Virus record (IMG/VR): IMGVR_UViG_3300025353_000011
Coordinates: 1-36,170 of that record
Direction: 5' to 3' (one strand)
Origin: a virus
Lineage: Duplodnaviria; Caudoviricetes
Length of the DNA stretch: 36,170 nt
A program made the translations under genes and the position numbers. Positions 1 to 10,400 of the stretch are shown here, piece after piece (within the stretch, counting starts at the first letter, position 1; the number at the start of each line of letters is the position of its first letter). The notes below the pieces were generated by a model. The model was not told where the DNA came from and did no database searches. It worked only from the letters and a program-made list of their open reading frames with translations.

Positions 1-304
1 AGAATTCAGTCTCAGTGTCATCATAAAATACATCAAACTCTTTATCTGATTTATTAGTATCTAGTTTTTCTACCTCGGCACCTTTATCATTACTTCTGTA
101 GATAGTAGGAAAATACTTAGGGTATTTCTTGAATATCTCAATCCAATTATCTTTTAGTCCTCTTATGGGATCATTGGTTACTACTTTAAATAGCTTAGTG
201 GAATCATGATTGTTTGGATAAATAGTATGCTCAGAACCGGAGGAATAAGGAGTTTTAGGCTTGGTTACTACCTCTAAAAGTAATATGTGAAATAAATCAG
301 TCAA
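1..304 (-). CDS. Partial hypothetical protein, possibly kinase-like fold; runs off the window edge
   Basis: Manually read open frame from TTG at 304: MTDLFHILLLEVVTKPKTPYSSGSEHTIYPNNHDSTKLFKV...; overlaps the stop of the GIY-YIG gene. Confidence 0.55.
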   Translation of the reverse strand, partial: MTDLFHILLLEVVTKPKTPYSSGSEHTIYPNNHDSTKLFKVVTNDPIRGLKDNWIEIFKKYPKYFPTIYRSNDKGAEVEKLDTNKSDKEFDVFYDDTETEF

Positions 305-749
305 TCAAATCTTTTTTAAAGAACGTTGAATTAATATTTGAGTTGTAACAATTATCTGATTCTAATACTCCCTCTAAGAACTGATATTTTATCTCATAGT
401 AAGTAGATTGTTTTTTACCAAATGTAAACATTAGTATCTCGCGTGTAAACGATTCTTCTTTATATGTTTGTACATCTAATAATAACTCTTCACTACTACC
501 CCAGTACTTTAGCCAGTTTGATTCTTTACGTACTAACTTTTTAGTAGGCTTACGTCCAGGCTTCTTTAATAAGGCTTGCTCTGCTAATTCTTTCTTTCCT
601 AACTTTATGTTATGCTCAGTGAATAGTTGCTTCTTTCCTACATAAAACTTGCCTGTAGTCTTATGAGTAATCTTATAGATAAACCCAAATGCATCTTGAG
701 GTACATCCTCAATTGATTTAATATATGAATCTTTAAACTTCCACATCAT
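297..749 (-). CDS. GIY-YIG family nuclease-like protein
   Basis: GFIYKITHKTTGKFYVGKK bipartite motif, YWGSS, conserved E and C-terminal YN. Confidence 0.8.
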   Translation of the reverse strand: MMWKFKDSYIKSIEDVPQDAFGFIYKITHKTTGKFYVGKKQLFTEHNIKLGKKELAEQALLKKPGRKPTKKLVRKESNWLKYWGSSEELLLDVQTYKEESFTREILMFTFGKKQSTYYEIKYQFLEGVLESDNCYNSNINSTFFKKDLID

Positions 750-1603
750 AAGTCCAGTTTAATGTTTATATTGAAATCAGTGTTAGAAGACATTGGAATG
801 GGTTGTCCAAATTTAGCTACTGCCATTAGCTGATTGTCAGGACTATAAAGTCCTATGCCGGTAATATAAGGCTCAAAGAAGCTGCCTGTAACAAAAGATT
901 GTAAGACGTTGCTACTGCCTGATACCAATAGTGTCGGATTGTAAGATAAGTTGAAGTCATTTTGTTTTATTTTAAGACGGTATGTTTGTTCATAAAGTGT
1001 ATAAGTGTTATTAAATGATACTTGAAAATCTCCACCATCACCGTTATAAGGATCTCCGAAGAAGTAAGTAGAGTCTGTGATGACAATCAAACCTTGATTA
1101 TAGATTATATTTCCTATAAACACATTTTGATTTAGGTCATTGTCGTATACATACAAATTACCATTTGAATCATCTGCACCATAAAATGTCAATCCTGGAT
1201 CACCTCCTTGATCATCATTGTTCTGTGCAATATAAATTGATACACTTCCGGGTTGTATACCTTCTGCACATACACTCTGAGCTATAGATACTACTTGGTA
1301 TATAGTGCTATTTTCTGTCTGCCCTTTACTGATGTTTATATCTGATATATATGACCCTGAAGGTTGTGCTGCAGATACAGTTTTATAATTACTGGCCTGT
1401 AACCTTTGATTTAAATAAGGGATAGTGCCTGATATATACAAAGGGTATAGTTTCCTTTGTATTACATCGAATAAGGGGTTACCTAGACTTACTGTATAGT
1501 ATTGTACAGACGCGTCTGTATAGTCTAAACTATAAGGCTTATTTGCGACATACGGTACTAATACCTTGTCCTGTGGATATATATTCTTGAATGCACCTGG
1601 CAA
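746..1603 (-). CDS. Virion structural protein (baseplate/tail associated)
   Basis: C-terminal YNPT...PYITGIGLY...LMAVAKFGQP domain shared with the adjacent gene; TTG start; in structural operon. Confidence 0.65.
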   Translation of the reverse strand: MPGAFKNIYPQDKVLVPYVANKPYSLDYTDASVQYYTVSLGNPLFDVIQRKLYPLYISGTIPYLNQRLQASNYKTVSAAQPSGSYISDINISKGQTENSTIYQVVSIAQSVCAEGIQPGSVSIYIAQNNDDQGGDPGLTFYGADDSNGNLYVYDNDLNQNVFIGNIIYNQGLIVITDSTYFFGDPYNGDGGDFQVSFNNTYTLYEQTYRLKIKQNDFNLSYNPTLLVSGSSNVLQSFVTGSFFEPYITGIGLYSPDNQLMAVAKFGQPIPMSSNTDFNINIKLDL

Positions 1604-2638
1604 TTAGGACTGTAGTTTTACTCTAAGATTTAAAGTACCTGTAAAGTTCTTCTTTAAAGGTGTGGATAGCTTTGCAATAGCCATTAGTTCATTCTGCATA
1701 TTATACAAACCTATACCTGTTACAAAAGTCTCAGGGTTGTTTACAAGGGTTGTGTATATGATATTACCATTAGCATCAATTACAGAAGGGTTAGTAGTGT
1801 AATTAAAATCAGTGAAGTTTACCTTTACATTGAAGTACCTTGAGGTAATTGTCTCTAGGCTATTCATTGAGAATGAATTACCACTGTAGATATTCGAATA
1901 TAATGTAGCTACGTTGGTACCTATAGGACTAGTATAAGATGTACTAGCAGTCTCATCGATTACCATACCTAAACCTCCGTTTGCTGCAGATAGTGACAGT
2001 ACTCTTGGATTTAGTATTATGGTACTAATATCTGGTAAGAATAGTCCATAGGAACCTGATACTGTTTGAATATCGCTACCATTGTAACTAGTTCCACTTG
2101 AACCACTTATTATTTGATAAACGCGATTACTTCCTATATATGAGGTAAGAGTTATATCATTACTGTTATCAGTAAGGTTCAGTGTAGTACTTCCACTTAC
2201 TAACGTCAGATTCAGTGATCCTGGTTTAAGGCTCTCTTTATATTGTGCACGTGATACACTTAACACTAATATATCTCTAGAAGTATTATTAGAACCCCCA
2301 AAGGTAAATGGATAAACACCTGCTGCTTCTCCATACACTAGTGAGCTATACTGTCCGTAGATATCTCTTGTAGGGGTATTACCTGGTACATTACTATTGT
2401 AAGGTGCAGACCCACTACCACTTATATGTCCATATGCTAGTGCATATTGCAATGAATATCCTGTTGCAGTGGTAGGTAGGTTGTATATATTCAAATAGCC
2501 TTGTCCAGACGCAGCCTGTACAGATGAAGTGTACATGCTTGTGTTGGTAAGGGTGTAGGTATTATTTGCCCATAGTGGGGCTGTAATAGCCTCCTGGACT
2601 ATAATACTATCGGAAGGTTGGAACGAAATATAGCTCAT
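1604..2638 (-). CDS. Virion structural protein (baseplate/tail associated), paralog of 746-1603
   Basis: C-terminal TNPS...TFVTGIGLYN..NELMAIAKLSTP; Ser/Gly/Thr-rich. Confidence 0.65.
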   Translation of the reverse strand: MSYISFQPSDSIIVQEAITAPLWANNTYTLTNTSMYTSSVQAASGQGYLNIYNLPTTATGYSLQYALAYGHISGSGSAPYNSNVPGNTPTRDIYGQYSSLVYGEAAGVYPFTFGGSNNTSRDILVLSVSRAQYKESLKPGSLNLTLVSGSTTLNLTDNSNDITLTSYIGSNRVYQIISGSSGTSYNGSDIQTVSGSYGLFLPDISTIILNPRVLSLSAANGGLGMVIDETASTSYTSPIGTNVATLYSNIYSGNSFSMNSLETITSRYFNVKVNFTDFNYTTNPSVIDANGNIIYTTLVNNPETFVTGIGLYNMQNELMAIAKLSTPLKKNFTGTLNLRVKLQS

Positions 2639-2644
2639 ATGTTA

Positions 2645-3298
2645 TTATTGTACTTTTGTGATGGTTAAAGGAACACGAATAGAAGCTCCACTATTTCTAC
2701 CTACAACCATTATCTGTGTTTGAAGGGTGGTACCTGTACTGCCAAATAATGTATTAATTGTAGTGCCAGTTAAGGTAAATGATGTACCTATCTGACTAAC
2801 ACTAATATTTGTTGTTTGGATAATAGGAATATTGGATACATTTATGTTTGAAGTATCTATTCCTATACCTGTAAAGGTGGATAATACTCTTCCGTCTCCT
2901 ACTGTAATAATGTAACCATCCGGTTCAAATGTAGTACTTGATCCTAGATAATTTAATGTCTGAGGAGTAATAGATAAAGAGGCTCCTTGCTTCAAACTTA
3001 TACTTGTATATCCAACTGATACTACAGGAAGCTTTGCTGTACCTTGAGGTAGAGTTACCAACTTATACTTCATACACTGAGTATCATCGGGGAATGCCTC
3101 TAGGATTGGCAGGTTTAATATTGCCTCTCCGTAGAACGCTGACCCTGAAGGGTGGTTAGGGTTATACAAAGTATAATCTACATCATCATCAGAGCATGCA
3201 AATTGTGTTATGTCAAATGTACCTTCTGAAAGATACTGGCGACCCTTCTTAGTAAGGATTGCATCTATTGTAACGGTTTGATTTGAAAGATAAGCCAT
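2645..3298 (-). CDS. Conserved phage structural protein
   Basis: MAYL...TIDAILTKKGR...ITQFA..DDDVDY.LY...PILEA pattern recalled from large-phage baseplate regions. Confidence 0.65.
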   Translation of the reverse strand: MAYLSNQTVTIDAILTKKGRQYLSEGTFDITQFACSDDDVDYTLYNPNHPSGSAFYGEAILNLPILEAFPDDTQCMKYKLVTLPQGTAKLPVVSVGYTSISLKQGASLSITPQTLNYLGSSTTFEPDGYIITVGDGRVLSTFTGIGIDTSNINVSNIPIIQTTNISVSQIGTSFTLTGTTINTLFGSTGTTLQTQIMVVGRNSGASIRVPLTITKVQ

Positions 3299-3314
3299 TG
3301 GTTTGTTTTATTGT

Positions 3315-3323
3315 TATAAATAT
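3315..3323 (-). promoter_or_regulatory. Putative late promoter ATATTTATA
   Basis: In the short gap 16 nt before ATG 3298; recurs before other genes. Confidence 0.55.
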
Positions 3324-3327
3324 CAAG

Positions 3328-6300
3328 TTATTGTGGAAGTAGGTTTCCTGTTAGTGGTTGAATGATGTTTGTGATGTTTGATTCTACATTAGGATCTAGG
3401 TACTCTGGTATAAGTACTAAAGATGATACATCTCCGGGTTGTTTAATTTTATTTATAATTACAGAAGTTTCATCAGGTTCAAGTCTTATAATTGCAAAGT
3501 TACTACTTAAAGAACCACTACTACTGTTAGTATAGCTTCCTGATAGTGGAGCTCGGTCTAACACTACTTGTAGGGGTTTACTAACAGTACTTCCACTAAC
3601 TACAGGAGGTATCACTGTTTCTGCAACATATATAGGACTATTCAGATTTTCAATCGATCCTAATCTGACAATATCTCCAGGTTTAATTGAAAATGTATTT
3701 TGGATAGGGGAGTAACTTGCTGTTACCCAAGAGTCTCCTGAAGTGATATATTGAGGGCTAAATATACTATTGTTATATAGTAAAGATGATGACACATCAA
3801 ATACCAGAGTATCATTATATCCTGAATTAATACTTTCTGTTACACTAAATATAGATGTTTCATATAGACTCTGAGTTGTAACTACATTAGTAGTTGAGTT
3901 TAACGCATCTATTACTTCAAAATAACCACCTTCAGGTATAACTAAATTTATCATATAGCTTCCTTGAAAGAATCTAGATAAGTCTAAGAAAAAAACTCTT
4001 AATCTCAATTCATCTCCAGCATTAAGATATACATTGTAATTATTTAATGTTTGATTAAGTGTGATAAATCCTCCACCTAAATTATTCCATATATGTACAG
4101 TACCTTCGTACCCAAATGAACCATCATCTATGCCAGAGGCGTCTCCTGATTGTTGAGGGGGTAAATTCCAATTAGTTAATTTTGTGTTAGTTACATAAGT
4201 CCAATTACCTTCTGTAAATCTTTCTACTACTCCAACCACTTTAAAAATACCGCAAAATTCTTCCGGATGATTTCCTGTATAGCTTATAGGAATATTTGCA
4301 CTAATTAAATAATTTGATGTACGTGGGGCAGTAAATATAAGGTGAGATGGAGTGTGTACTCCATCAAAAGATATAGATCCAGATAAGCTTGAAGGACTTA
4401 TAAAGCCTTGTGAAGATAAATCAGAAGTGTAAAAATAACTTAATTCATAAAATCCTTCTAAATTTAAAGAACCTACACCTCCATTATTGTACGGACCCAT
4501 AACCCCTCCTAAGTTGTTAATATACCAACGATCTCCATAATCTGTGGATACATTAGGATACATACTGTTAAATTGGCTTAAAGTTCCGTTATATAAAGAA
4601 AATTGTTGAGGTGTAATAATAACTCCGTTAATAAACATACTTATTTGATCATGATTTCTTCCATAAGGGGAGTTTAGAGCAAAGTTCTCATTTGTATCAT
4701 ACCCATTAGTTGTCCATGATACTTGGTATGGCATTACAGCTTTAAACCCTATTATGGAGGAGTAGCTAGATTGAGGATTTAAATAAGTAAATGTCAATGC
4801 ATCTCCATTCTCTCTGTAAATAATAGGTTGAAATGCATACCCCCCTAAGTAAATTTGAGATAATCCTCCTAATGAAAATTGATTTGATGGAGTTAAGACA
4901 TCTGTTAAAGACACTGTCAATATATCTCCAGACTTAAATGTATTTTGAACCTCAAATAAATTCTTATTAGCTTTTGTAAGTGTAGTGGCAGACCCTGATT
5001 CATTAAATAAATACTTAAGACTAAAGGTTGTTTTATTTAAGAAGTTTAAATTATTGCTACTACCTTTTAGTACATACCCAAATTTACCTACATACGTATT
5101 GATATTAGGAACCTTCCCATAACATACATCCCCTTGTGTATATGTATTAAGTTTAGATACACTAATCTTACTACCTTTATACCTAGGTATAACATACCTG
5201 GAATGGTTATATTCACTATCTTGCAAAGCTACAGGACCTAGTAAATTAGGGTTATTTACATCATCTTTTTTAAATAATGTCGACAATCTATTCTCATATA
5301 CATCTCCGTATGTAATATTAAAACCACTATACTTAAACTTAGTTTGATTTAAACTTTGAGTATATAATAAGTATGGATTATAATTTCGTTGTTCAAAATT
5401 ATCATGTATATTTACATATGATCCTGACAGTTTGCCTGTCATGAATGTCATCTCATCTTTAAATTTAGAATAGGATGTACCTGCTGATAATTTGTTAGTT
5501 TTTAGAGAGGCAGTATATTGCACTCCACTCATTGAAGGTTGATATCTAGGTACTTTATTTCTTTCTAATATCGGAGACTTAATAGTTAATCCTGTACTAA
5601 GCGTTGTCCTGGCAGGTACAAAATCCTGTAACATTTTGAACAAGGTATTATCTACTTGCTCAATTAAATTAATGTAGTCTATGTAGTTATACTTAGATAT
5701 ATACTTTTGTCTATAGGAGTTGTTTAATTGTACTACACCTGGATAATATGATAATTTATCATTTGAGGTGTCCCCTAAGTAAGGGTCTAAATCTAGTAGA
5801 TTTCCATACTGAGCTATTATATCTTTATTAATCTCATTCTGAGGAGAGAAGCTCATCTCAGTGAATTGTAAATCTGAAGTTCTATTTACATCTTCTGTTT
5901 CAACTTTAAACCAAGGACTTAATATGTTATTACTATACACATCGATAGACCCACTTACAGGGGTGTTATCAAAAATACGTACCTTCTCAGTTACAGGTGC
6001 ATAATACCCAGCGTTAGGTGTATTTGAATAAGCAAGTTCATATTCAGAATTACAAGCAATAGGGCTATCATAGTTATAGAAATAGAGGTAATTTGTATTA
6101 ACCTGATATACTATAGCTTGAGATTGTGTTGCACCATATCTACCTGTACCATATTTTGTAGTTCCATATAATGATCCTCCAGAACCTGAATAGAATGTTA
6201 CATTTGAATAAGGTAATTGCCAGTTAGGGTGTACTGATTGTAAGTAAGATCCTGTACCTTGTATTAAGACTAATGGATTTACCAAATCATTTCCTAATGG

Positions 6301-8760
6301 GAATCTGGCAGCCAGATCATTGTAAGAGCCACTGATAGTATTTCCCTGAATAGAATCACTATTAAGTGTATGTGAATTGAATGCTAACTTACTTAATGGT
6401 TCAGACCATAATCTAACTTCTTGTATACTACCACTAAAGTTATTTACAAAATTAGCATCTGAATATGCAAACGACCCTATAAATAAAGTGTTGTTGCTTA
6501 CTGTAGACCCTGATCCACGACCATACCCATACCCATACCAAGAATTATTGATGCCATAATTTATGGATCCTGTATTATTAATACTTGCAGAGCCCGTGAT
6601 ACCTACTCTACCTGATATGGCATTTTGAATGCTAAGTGTGTACACTTGACTTCCTGACAACCCTGCATTATATCCTACGTACTTGTTTTTTGTACTTAAT
6701 GATATATTCCAAAAAGAAGTATCCCCATCACTACCTGTAATATAGAAAGGTATACAAACAGATGATGATACATAACCAGCCGAGCCGGACATCTTCAACG
6801 TAAAGTTAGCCGAAGGTATCCCTTGTGATGAAGTATAATCTATGTAAACACCAAATGGAACTGCACTACTGTTATTATATAGTATACACTGCAATAGGGA
6901 TACGTGGCTTTGATATTGCCCTGGTATCGGTTTAATTCTTAATTCTATAGTATCAGCTACTGAATCTGTGCTATTATATTTTAGTTGATTCTGTGCAAGA
7001 GGTGCCCATATTAAATAAACTCCAGTACTAGGGTCCGTATTATTAGGCATCGAATATGAAAACCTGTCATAAGAATACTCTAGAGTATTTGAATTTTTAT
7101 CAGAACCCCCGTATTGTATAGGTGTCAATATAGTATCAGGTATACCATATACAGTTGCGAGATTCTGTAAGTTTCTCGAAGTACCTTTTGATTTAAGTAG
7201 ATAAGGTAGGTTGTGGTATATTCTTTTGTATAATTCTTTAGCTCTATCCTGGCCGCTAATGGTTACACCTGAACTGGTTACATTATAGCTCCCGGAAGGG
7301 CTTCCTATTAGATAGGATACTAAGTCTGTATTAGAGTTATTGTTATATAGGTCTATACCATAAGATCTTAATACAGAATATACCATATCTTTTGATATAC
7401 CAGTATTCAGATTATTATCTGCCTTATGAATATCATTTATGGCCTTTATGTACACCCAGATACTATCATAATGCTGCCCAATCATATTGGTAAACAACAA
7501 GTAATCAGAGTTATTAGGATCGTCAGCTAGGTAACTTGGTATAGAATAAACAGAATTATCTTGATTCTCTAAGTCATATAAAGAAGCTGTGTAAAGTTGT
7601 CCATACGTTGCATTATCGCCTAACCAAGCTAGTGCCTGAGAAGATGTTACACTATATAAAACACTTCCACTCTTAGGCCATGCATATGATGATGATACAG
7701 TGTATAAGTAAGTCTCATACCCATCCATATTTTGAATGAGTGAGTTAATATTATTCTGAATACTTTGTGCACTTCCACTTACAGATATGCTTTGACTAGG
7801 GATAGTATTTAATGTAGCTATGTTCAGTCCATACTGTTCTATCTCTGTAATTTTGTAAACAAAGTTTACCAGTCTTTGTGCAGCAGATGAGAAATGTACA
7901 AAATTAGTATAATCAGTATAATCAATATTGATATCTATTGAATCATTATTAAGTTGATTAAGTAGGTTCTGATAATTCTGTAGAGTATTGGTTGTGTATA
8001 TTGTATTTTGTGATACATATGGAGAAGCTATCGCTCTGTTAGGTGATATCTCTATATCAAAGTCTGCGGATGCCAACATAGGTACCGGTACAGGCTTAAA
8101 ATCTGGGCTAAGTACTACTTCAAATACTATCGGAGATGCCAGTTCCTCTACTATCCACAAAGTGGATTTTAAAGCGAATTGGGCAGGTAAAGGTTGATAT
8201 AGTTTTATTAATAATGAATACGGGTTAGTATTCTTATCTATTGCAATATTGACTGCACTGACAGCATTGTTATCACCAAAATTAAGTAAGAAATCCTTGT
8301 AGTACAAGGAGCTCTGCATTTGGTTAATGAAGTTAAGTGTGTTTGTTTCGAGAGTAAGGTTAGATACTATATTAGATGATAAACGTATCTCTGTCCTATC
8401 TGTACTAATTTCTGTTATGAAAAAAGTAGGTAAAGCAAGTGTGTATATTTGTCTTCTGTATACTCTGTAATCAAGTTTAAAATCCCCTACATTATAAGCT
8501 CTGTTAGTGAGGTATGTACCAGGATCAAATACAATCTGGTTAGTATTACTACCATCTACATTTGGGATGGTATACTCAGTTACATTATAATTGGAATTAA
8601 GAAGTATGTCATCTTTAGTGTATATATGACATTCTATATAGTCTGTAGATGCATTAAAATTACGAAGAAAACTTTGAGAAGGTATAAGCACCTGATCAAT
8701 GTTATCATACTTATCAAGTGATGCATCGGTTATTTTATTTATACTGACTACGGAACTCAT
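3328..8760 (-). CDS. Very large (1810 aa) baseplate/tail structural protein
   Basis: Size and context; EISTDRTEIRL, NFVHFSSA, MIGQHYD, LPYLLKSKGT blocks; S/G/Y/N-rich beta-type C-terminal half. Confidence 0.7.
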   Translation of the reverse strand: MSSVVSINKITDASLDKYDNIDQVLIPSQSFLRNFNASTDYIECHIYTKDDILLNSNYNVTEYTIPNVDGSNTNQIVFDPGTYLTNRAYNVGDFKLDYRVYRRQIYTLALPTFFITEISTDRTEIRLSSNIVSNLTLETNTLNFINQMQSSLYYKDFLLNFGDNNAVSAVNIAIDKNTNPYSLLIKLYQPLPAQFALKSTLWIVEELASPIVFEVVLSPDFKPVPVPMLASADFDIEISPNRAIASPYVSQNTIYTTNTLQNYQNLLNQLNNDSIDINIDYTDYTNFVHFSSAAQRLVNFVYKITEIEQYGLNIATLNTIPSQSISVSGSAQSIQNNINSLIQNMDGYETYLYTVSSSYAWPKSGSVLYSVTSSQALAWLGDNATYGQLYTASLYDLENQDNSVYSIPSYLADDPNNSDYLLFTNMIGQHYDSIWVYIKAINDIHKADNNLNTGISKDMVYSVLRSYGIDLYNNNSNTDLVSYLIGSPSGSYNVTSSGVTISGQDRAKELYKRIYHNLPYLLKSKGTSRNLQNLATVYGIPDTILTPIQYGGSDKNSNTLEYSYDRFSYSMPNNTDPSTGVYLIWAPLAQNQLKYNSTDSVADTIELRIKPIPGQYQSHVSLLQCILYNNSSAVPFGVYIDYTSSQGIPSANFTLKMSGSAGYVSSSVCIPFYITGSDGDTSFWNISLSTKNKYVGYNAGLSGSQVYTLSIQNAISGRVGITGSASINNTGSINYGINNSWYGYGYGRGSGSTVSNNTLFIGSFAYSDANFVNNFSGSIQEVRLWSEPLSKLAFNSHTLNSDSIQGNTISGSYNDLAARFPLGNDLVNPLVLIQGTGSYLQSVHPNWQLPYSNVTFYSGSGGSLYGTTKYGTGRYGATQSQAIVYQVNTNYLYFYNYDSPIACNSEYELAYSNTPNAGYYAPVTEKVRIFDNTPVSGSIDVYSNNILSPWFKVETEDVNRTSDLQFTEMSFSPQNEINKDIIAQYGNLLDLDPYLGDTSNDKLSYYPGVVQLNNSYRQKYISKYNYIDYINLIEQVDNTLFKMLQDFVPARTTLSTGLTIKSPILERNKVPRYQPSMSGVQYTASLKTNKLSAGTSYSKFKDEMTFMTGKLSGSYVNIHDNFEQRNYNPYLLYTQSLNQTKFKYSGFNITYGDVYENRLSTLFKKDDVNNPNLLGPVALQDSEYNHSRYVIPRYKGSKISVSKLNTYTQGDVCYGKVPNINTYVGKFGYVLKGSSNNLNFLNKTTFSLKYLFNESGSATTLTKANKNLFEVQNTFKSGDILTVSLTDVLTPSNQFSLGGLSQIYLGGYAFQPIIYRENGDALTFTYLNPQSSYSSIIGFKAVMPYQVSWTTNGYDTNENFALNSPYGRNHDQISMFINGVIITPQQFSLYNGTLSQFNSMYPNVSTDYGDRWYINNLGGVMGPYNNGGVGSLNLEGFYELSYFYTSDLSSQGFISPSSLSGSISFDGVHTPSHLIFTAPRTSNYLISANIPISYTGNHPEEFCGIFKVVGVVERFTEGNWTYVTNTKLTNWNLPPQQSGDASGIDDGSFGYEGTVHIWNNLGGGFITLNQTLNNYNVYLNAGDELRLRVFFLDLSRFFQGSYMINLVIPEGGYFEVIDALNSTTNVVTTQSLYETSIFSVTESINSGYNDTLVFDVSSSLLYNNSIFSPQYITSGDSWVTASYSPIQNTFSIKPGDIVRLGSIENLNSPIYVAETVIPPVVSGSTVSKPLQVVLDRAPLSGSYTNSSSGSLSSNFAIIRLEPDETSVIINKIKQPGDVSSLVLIPEYLDPNVESNITNIIQPLTGNLLPQ

Positions 8761-8865
8761 GAGTTTTTATAATTTTTAATTAAGTTATACTCTATACACT
8801 TCAACGAGGCTTGCTTTGTTGCCAAAGTCTTACATTCTCTCTGTGTACGTTGAGCACTAGAAGTT
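8741..8865 (-). ncRNA. Putative TnpB omegaRNA (scaffold overlapping the tnpB 3' end, plus guide)
   Basis: GTAAGAC motif (8827-8833), CTTTG-GCAA-CAAAG tetraloop hairpin (8814-8827), TACAC/GTGTA closing stem, subterminal GAGT..ACTC hairpin; boundaries approximate. Confidence 0.6.
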
Positions 8866-9944
8866 CCTAATGCTTTGATATTTAATGAGGCATTTAAGTC
8901 TCGGTCATGCTTAGTGTTGCATTCCGTACAAGTCCACTCTCTTACTTTGAGTGTTAAGTCCTTGTTGATGGAACCACAGTTGGAGCAGGTTTTAGAGGTA
9001 GGAGCAAAGCGGTCGACTTGTATTAAGTCTTTTCCATACCACTCTGACTTATACTTAAGGTAAGAAAAGAATTTAGACCATGAAGCATCAGAGATACTTT
9101 TAGATAGCTTTTTGTTTTTAAGCATTCCTATCACATTCAAAGTCTCAATCGATATTACATCATAGTTCTTAACTATGTTTAATGAAGTGGTGTGCAGGAA
9201 TAGTTCCCGTTGCCTAGATATCTTTTTATGAATCTTAGCTACTTTGAGTTTTTGCTTCTTGTAACGAGTACTTCCTTTCTTCTTACGACTTAAATGTTGT
9301 TGTGCTCTTTTTAGTTCCGCTTGGCTATCACGGAAGTAACGAGGATTGTGAATGGTATTACCATCAGATAATGTAGCAAACTCTTTGAGTCCTACATCAA
9401 TACCGACAGTTTTGCCAGTTTTTTCAAAATGTTTTACTTCTGTTTCTACTAGGATTGAAGCATAATAATGTCCTAATATATCTTTAGATACTGTTACAGA
9501 ACGTAATATACAATTTTCAGGCAAAGGTTGATGTTGAACTATTTTTACTTTACCTATTTTCTCTAATCTAATTCTATTGGTATATAATTTGAATCTACTA
9601 TTACCACATAACGTAAAAGATTCTTTACTACCCTTCTTTTTAAACTTAGGCCTATTTAATTTAATTTTTTGATTAGAATCAAAATATCTGTTTTTAAATT
9701 CTTTAAAATCATTTTCTTTAGACTCTACAGCTTTTGAAGAAACTTCTCTCATCCAACCTGTTTCCTCTCTAAATTGCTTTACAGTTTTAAAGATAGGGGA
9801 GGGATTAGTTTCTTTATCGTAAGTATTGAAAGTAGCTACATAGTTATTCCACAAAAATCTACAAGCTCCAAAAGTCTTATTCAAAAGAATCTCTTGAGTT
9901 TTGTTAGGATACATTCTGTATTTATAAGATTTATTTAATTTAAT
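8757..9944 (-). CDS. tnpB: TnpB-family RNA-guided endonuclease (IS200/IS605 OrfB); probable true start ATT at 9944
   Basis: RuvC-I GIDVG, RuvC-II IETL, zinc finger CSNC..CTEC, RuvC-III DRDLNA; frame continues upstream of the listed ATG 9914 as IKLNKSYKYRMYPN, the usual TnpB N-terminus. Confidence 0.95.
   Translation of the reverse strand: MKLNKSYKYRMYPNKTQEILLNKTFGACRFLWNNYVATFNTYDKETNPSPIFKTVKQFREETGWMREVSSKAVESKENDFKEFKNRYFDSNQKIKLNRPKFKKKGSKESFTLCGNSRFKLYTNRIRLEKIGKVKIVQHQPLPENCILRSVTVSKDILGHYYASILVETEVKHFEKTGKTVGIDVGLKEFATLSDGNTIHNPRYFRDSQAELKRAQQHLSRKKKGSTRYKKQKLKVAKIHKKISRQRELFLHTTSLNIVKNYDVISIETLNVIGMLKNKKLSKSISDASWSKFFSYLKYKSEWYGKDLIQVDRFAPTSKTCSNCGSINKDLTLKVREWTCTECNTKHDRDLNASLNIKALGTSSAQRTQRECKTLATKQASLKCIEYNLIKNYKNS
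8759..9942 (-). mobile_element. Standalone tnpB element with no tnpA, between two structural genes
   Basis: Ends inferred: removing 8759-9942 restores TAA-A-ATG-AGT; right end reads ...AACTCAT; 2-nt ambiguity because AT occurs at both ends. Confidence 0.6.
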
Positions 9945-9945
9945 T

Positions 9946-10275
9946 TTATTTAGGATTAGTAAGTGTGAATAATTGTTGTTTCAATGAAATATTCTCATTA
10001 CGAAGATTTTGTACTTCATTATTTAAATCTGCATAAGATATACCTAAATAATCACTACTTCTATTTACAAGCTCTAAATGAGATCTAACAGATCCTGTTG
10101 CCGGTATATCGTAGAATATAGTATTGTAAGATGTGAAGAAATCAGATACCTCCGTTATAGTATTAGGTGCTGAAGTATTATCAGGAGGAATAAGCTGACT
10201 AAACGAAGTTTTAACTACGTTCTGGAAGCTATTCTTACCATAGATTACTCGTGATATAGGTACTTGGTTACTCAT
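9946..10275 (-). CDS. Conserved hypothetical protein with C-terminal coiled coil
   Basis: ORF track; FF..Y..IFYDIP.TG...SH..LV.RS pattern; ATGA-coupled to the upstream ORF. Confidence 0.7.
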   Translation of the reverse strand: MSNQVPISRVIYGKNSFQNVVKTSFSQLIPPDNTSAPNTITEVSDFFTSYNTIFYDIPATGSVRSHLELVNRSSDYLGISYADLNNEVQNLRNENISLKQQLFTLTNPK

Positions 10276-10400
10276 CTTCTAATTATCCAACTTAGGGTTT
10301 CTAGGGCAATTGCTAACACTGACAGAATCATAGACCAGACAACCCATTCCTTTAGGTCATCCTGCTGGTCATATTCTAATTCATGTTTAGGTTTCTTCAT
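10272..10400 (-). CDS. Small (42 aa) single-pass membrane protein
   Basis: Manually read MKKPKHELEYDQQDDLKEWVVWSMILSVLAIALETLSWIIRR; ATGA overlaps at both ends. Confidence 0.65.
   Translation of the reverse strand: MKKPKHELEYDQQDDLKEWVVWSMILSVLAIALETLSWIIRR

Noticed and set aside
8754-8765. 12-bp palindrome AACTCATGAGTT at the tnpB right junction
   Set aside because: Real, but spans element and host codons; may be coincidental and has no separate support
8757-9944. Complete IS605/IS607 element or Cas12f system
   Set aside because: No transposase or recombinase gene and no CRISPR array in the window
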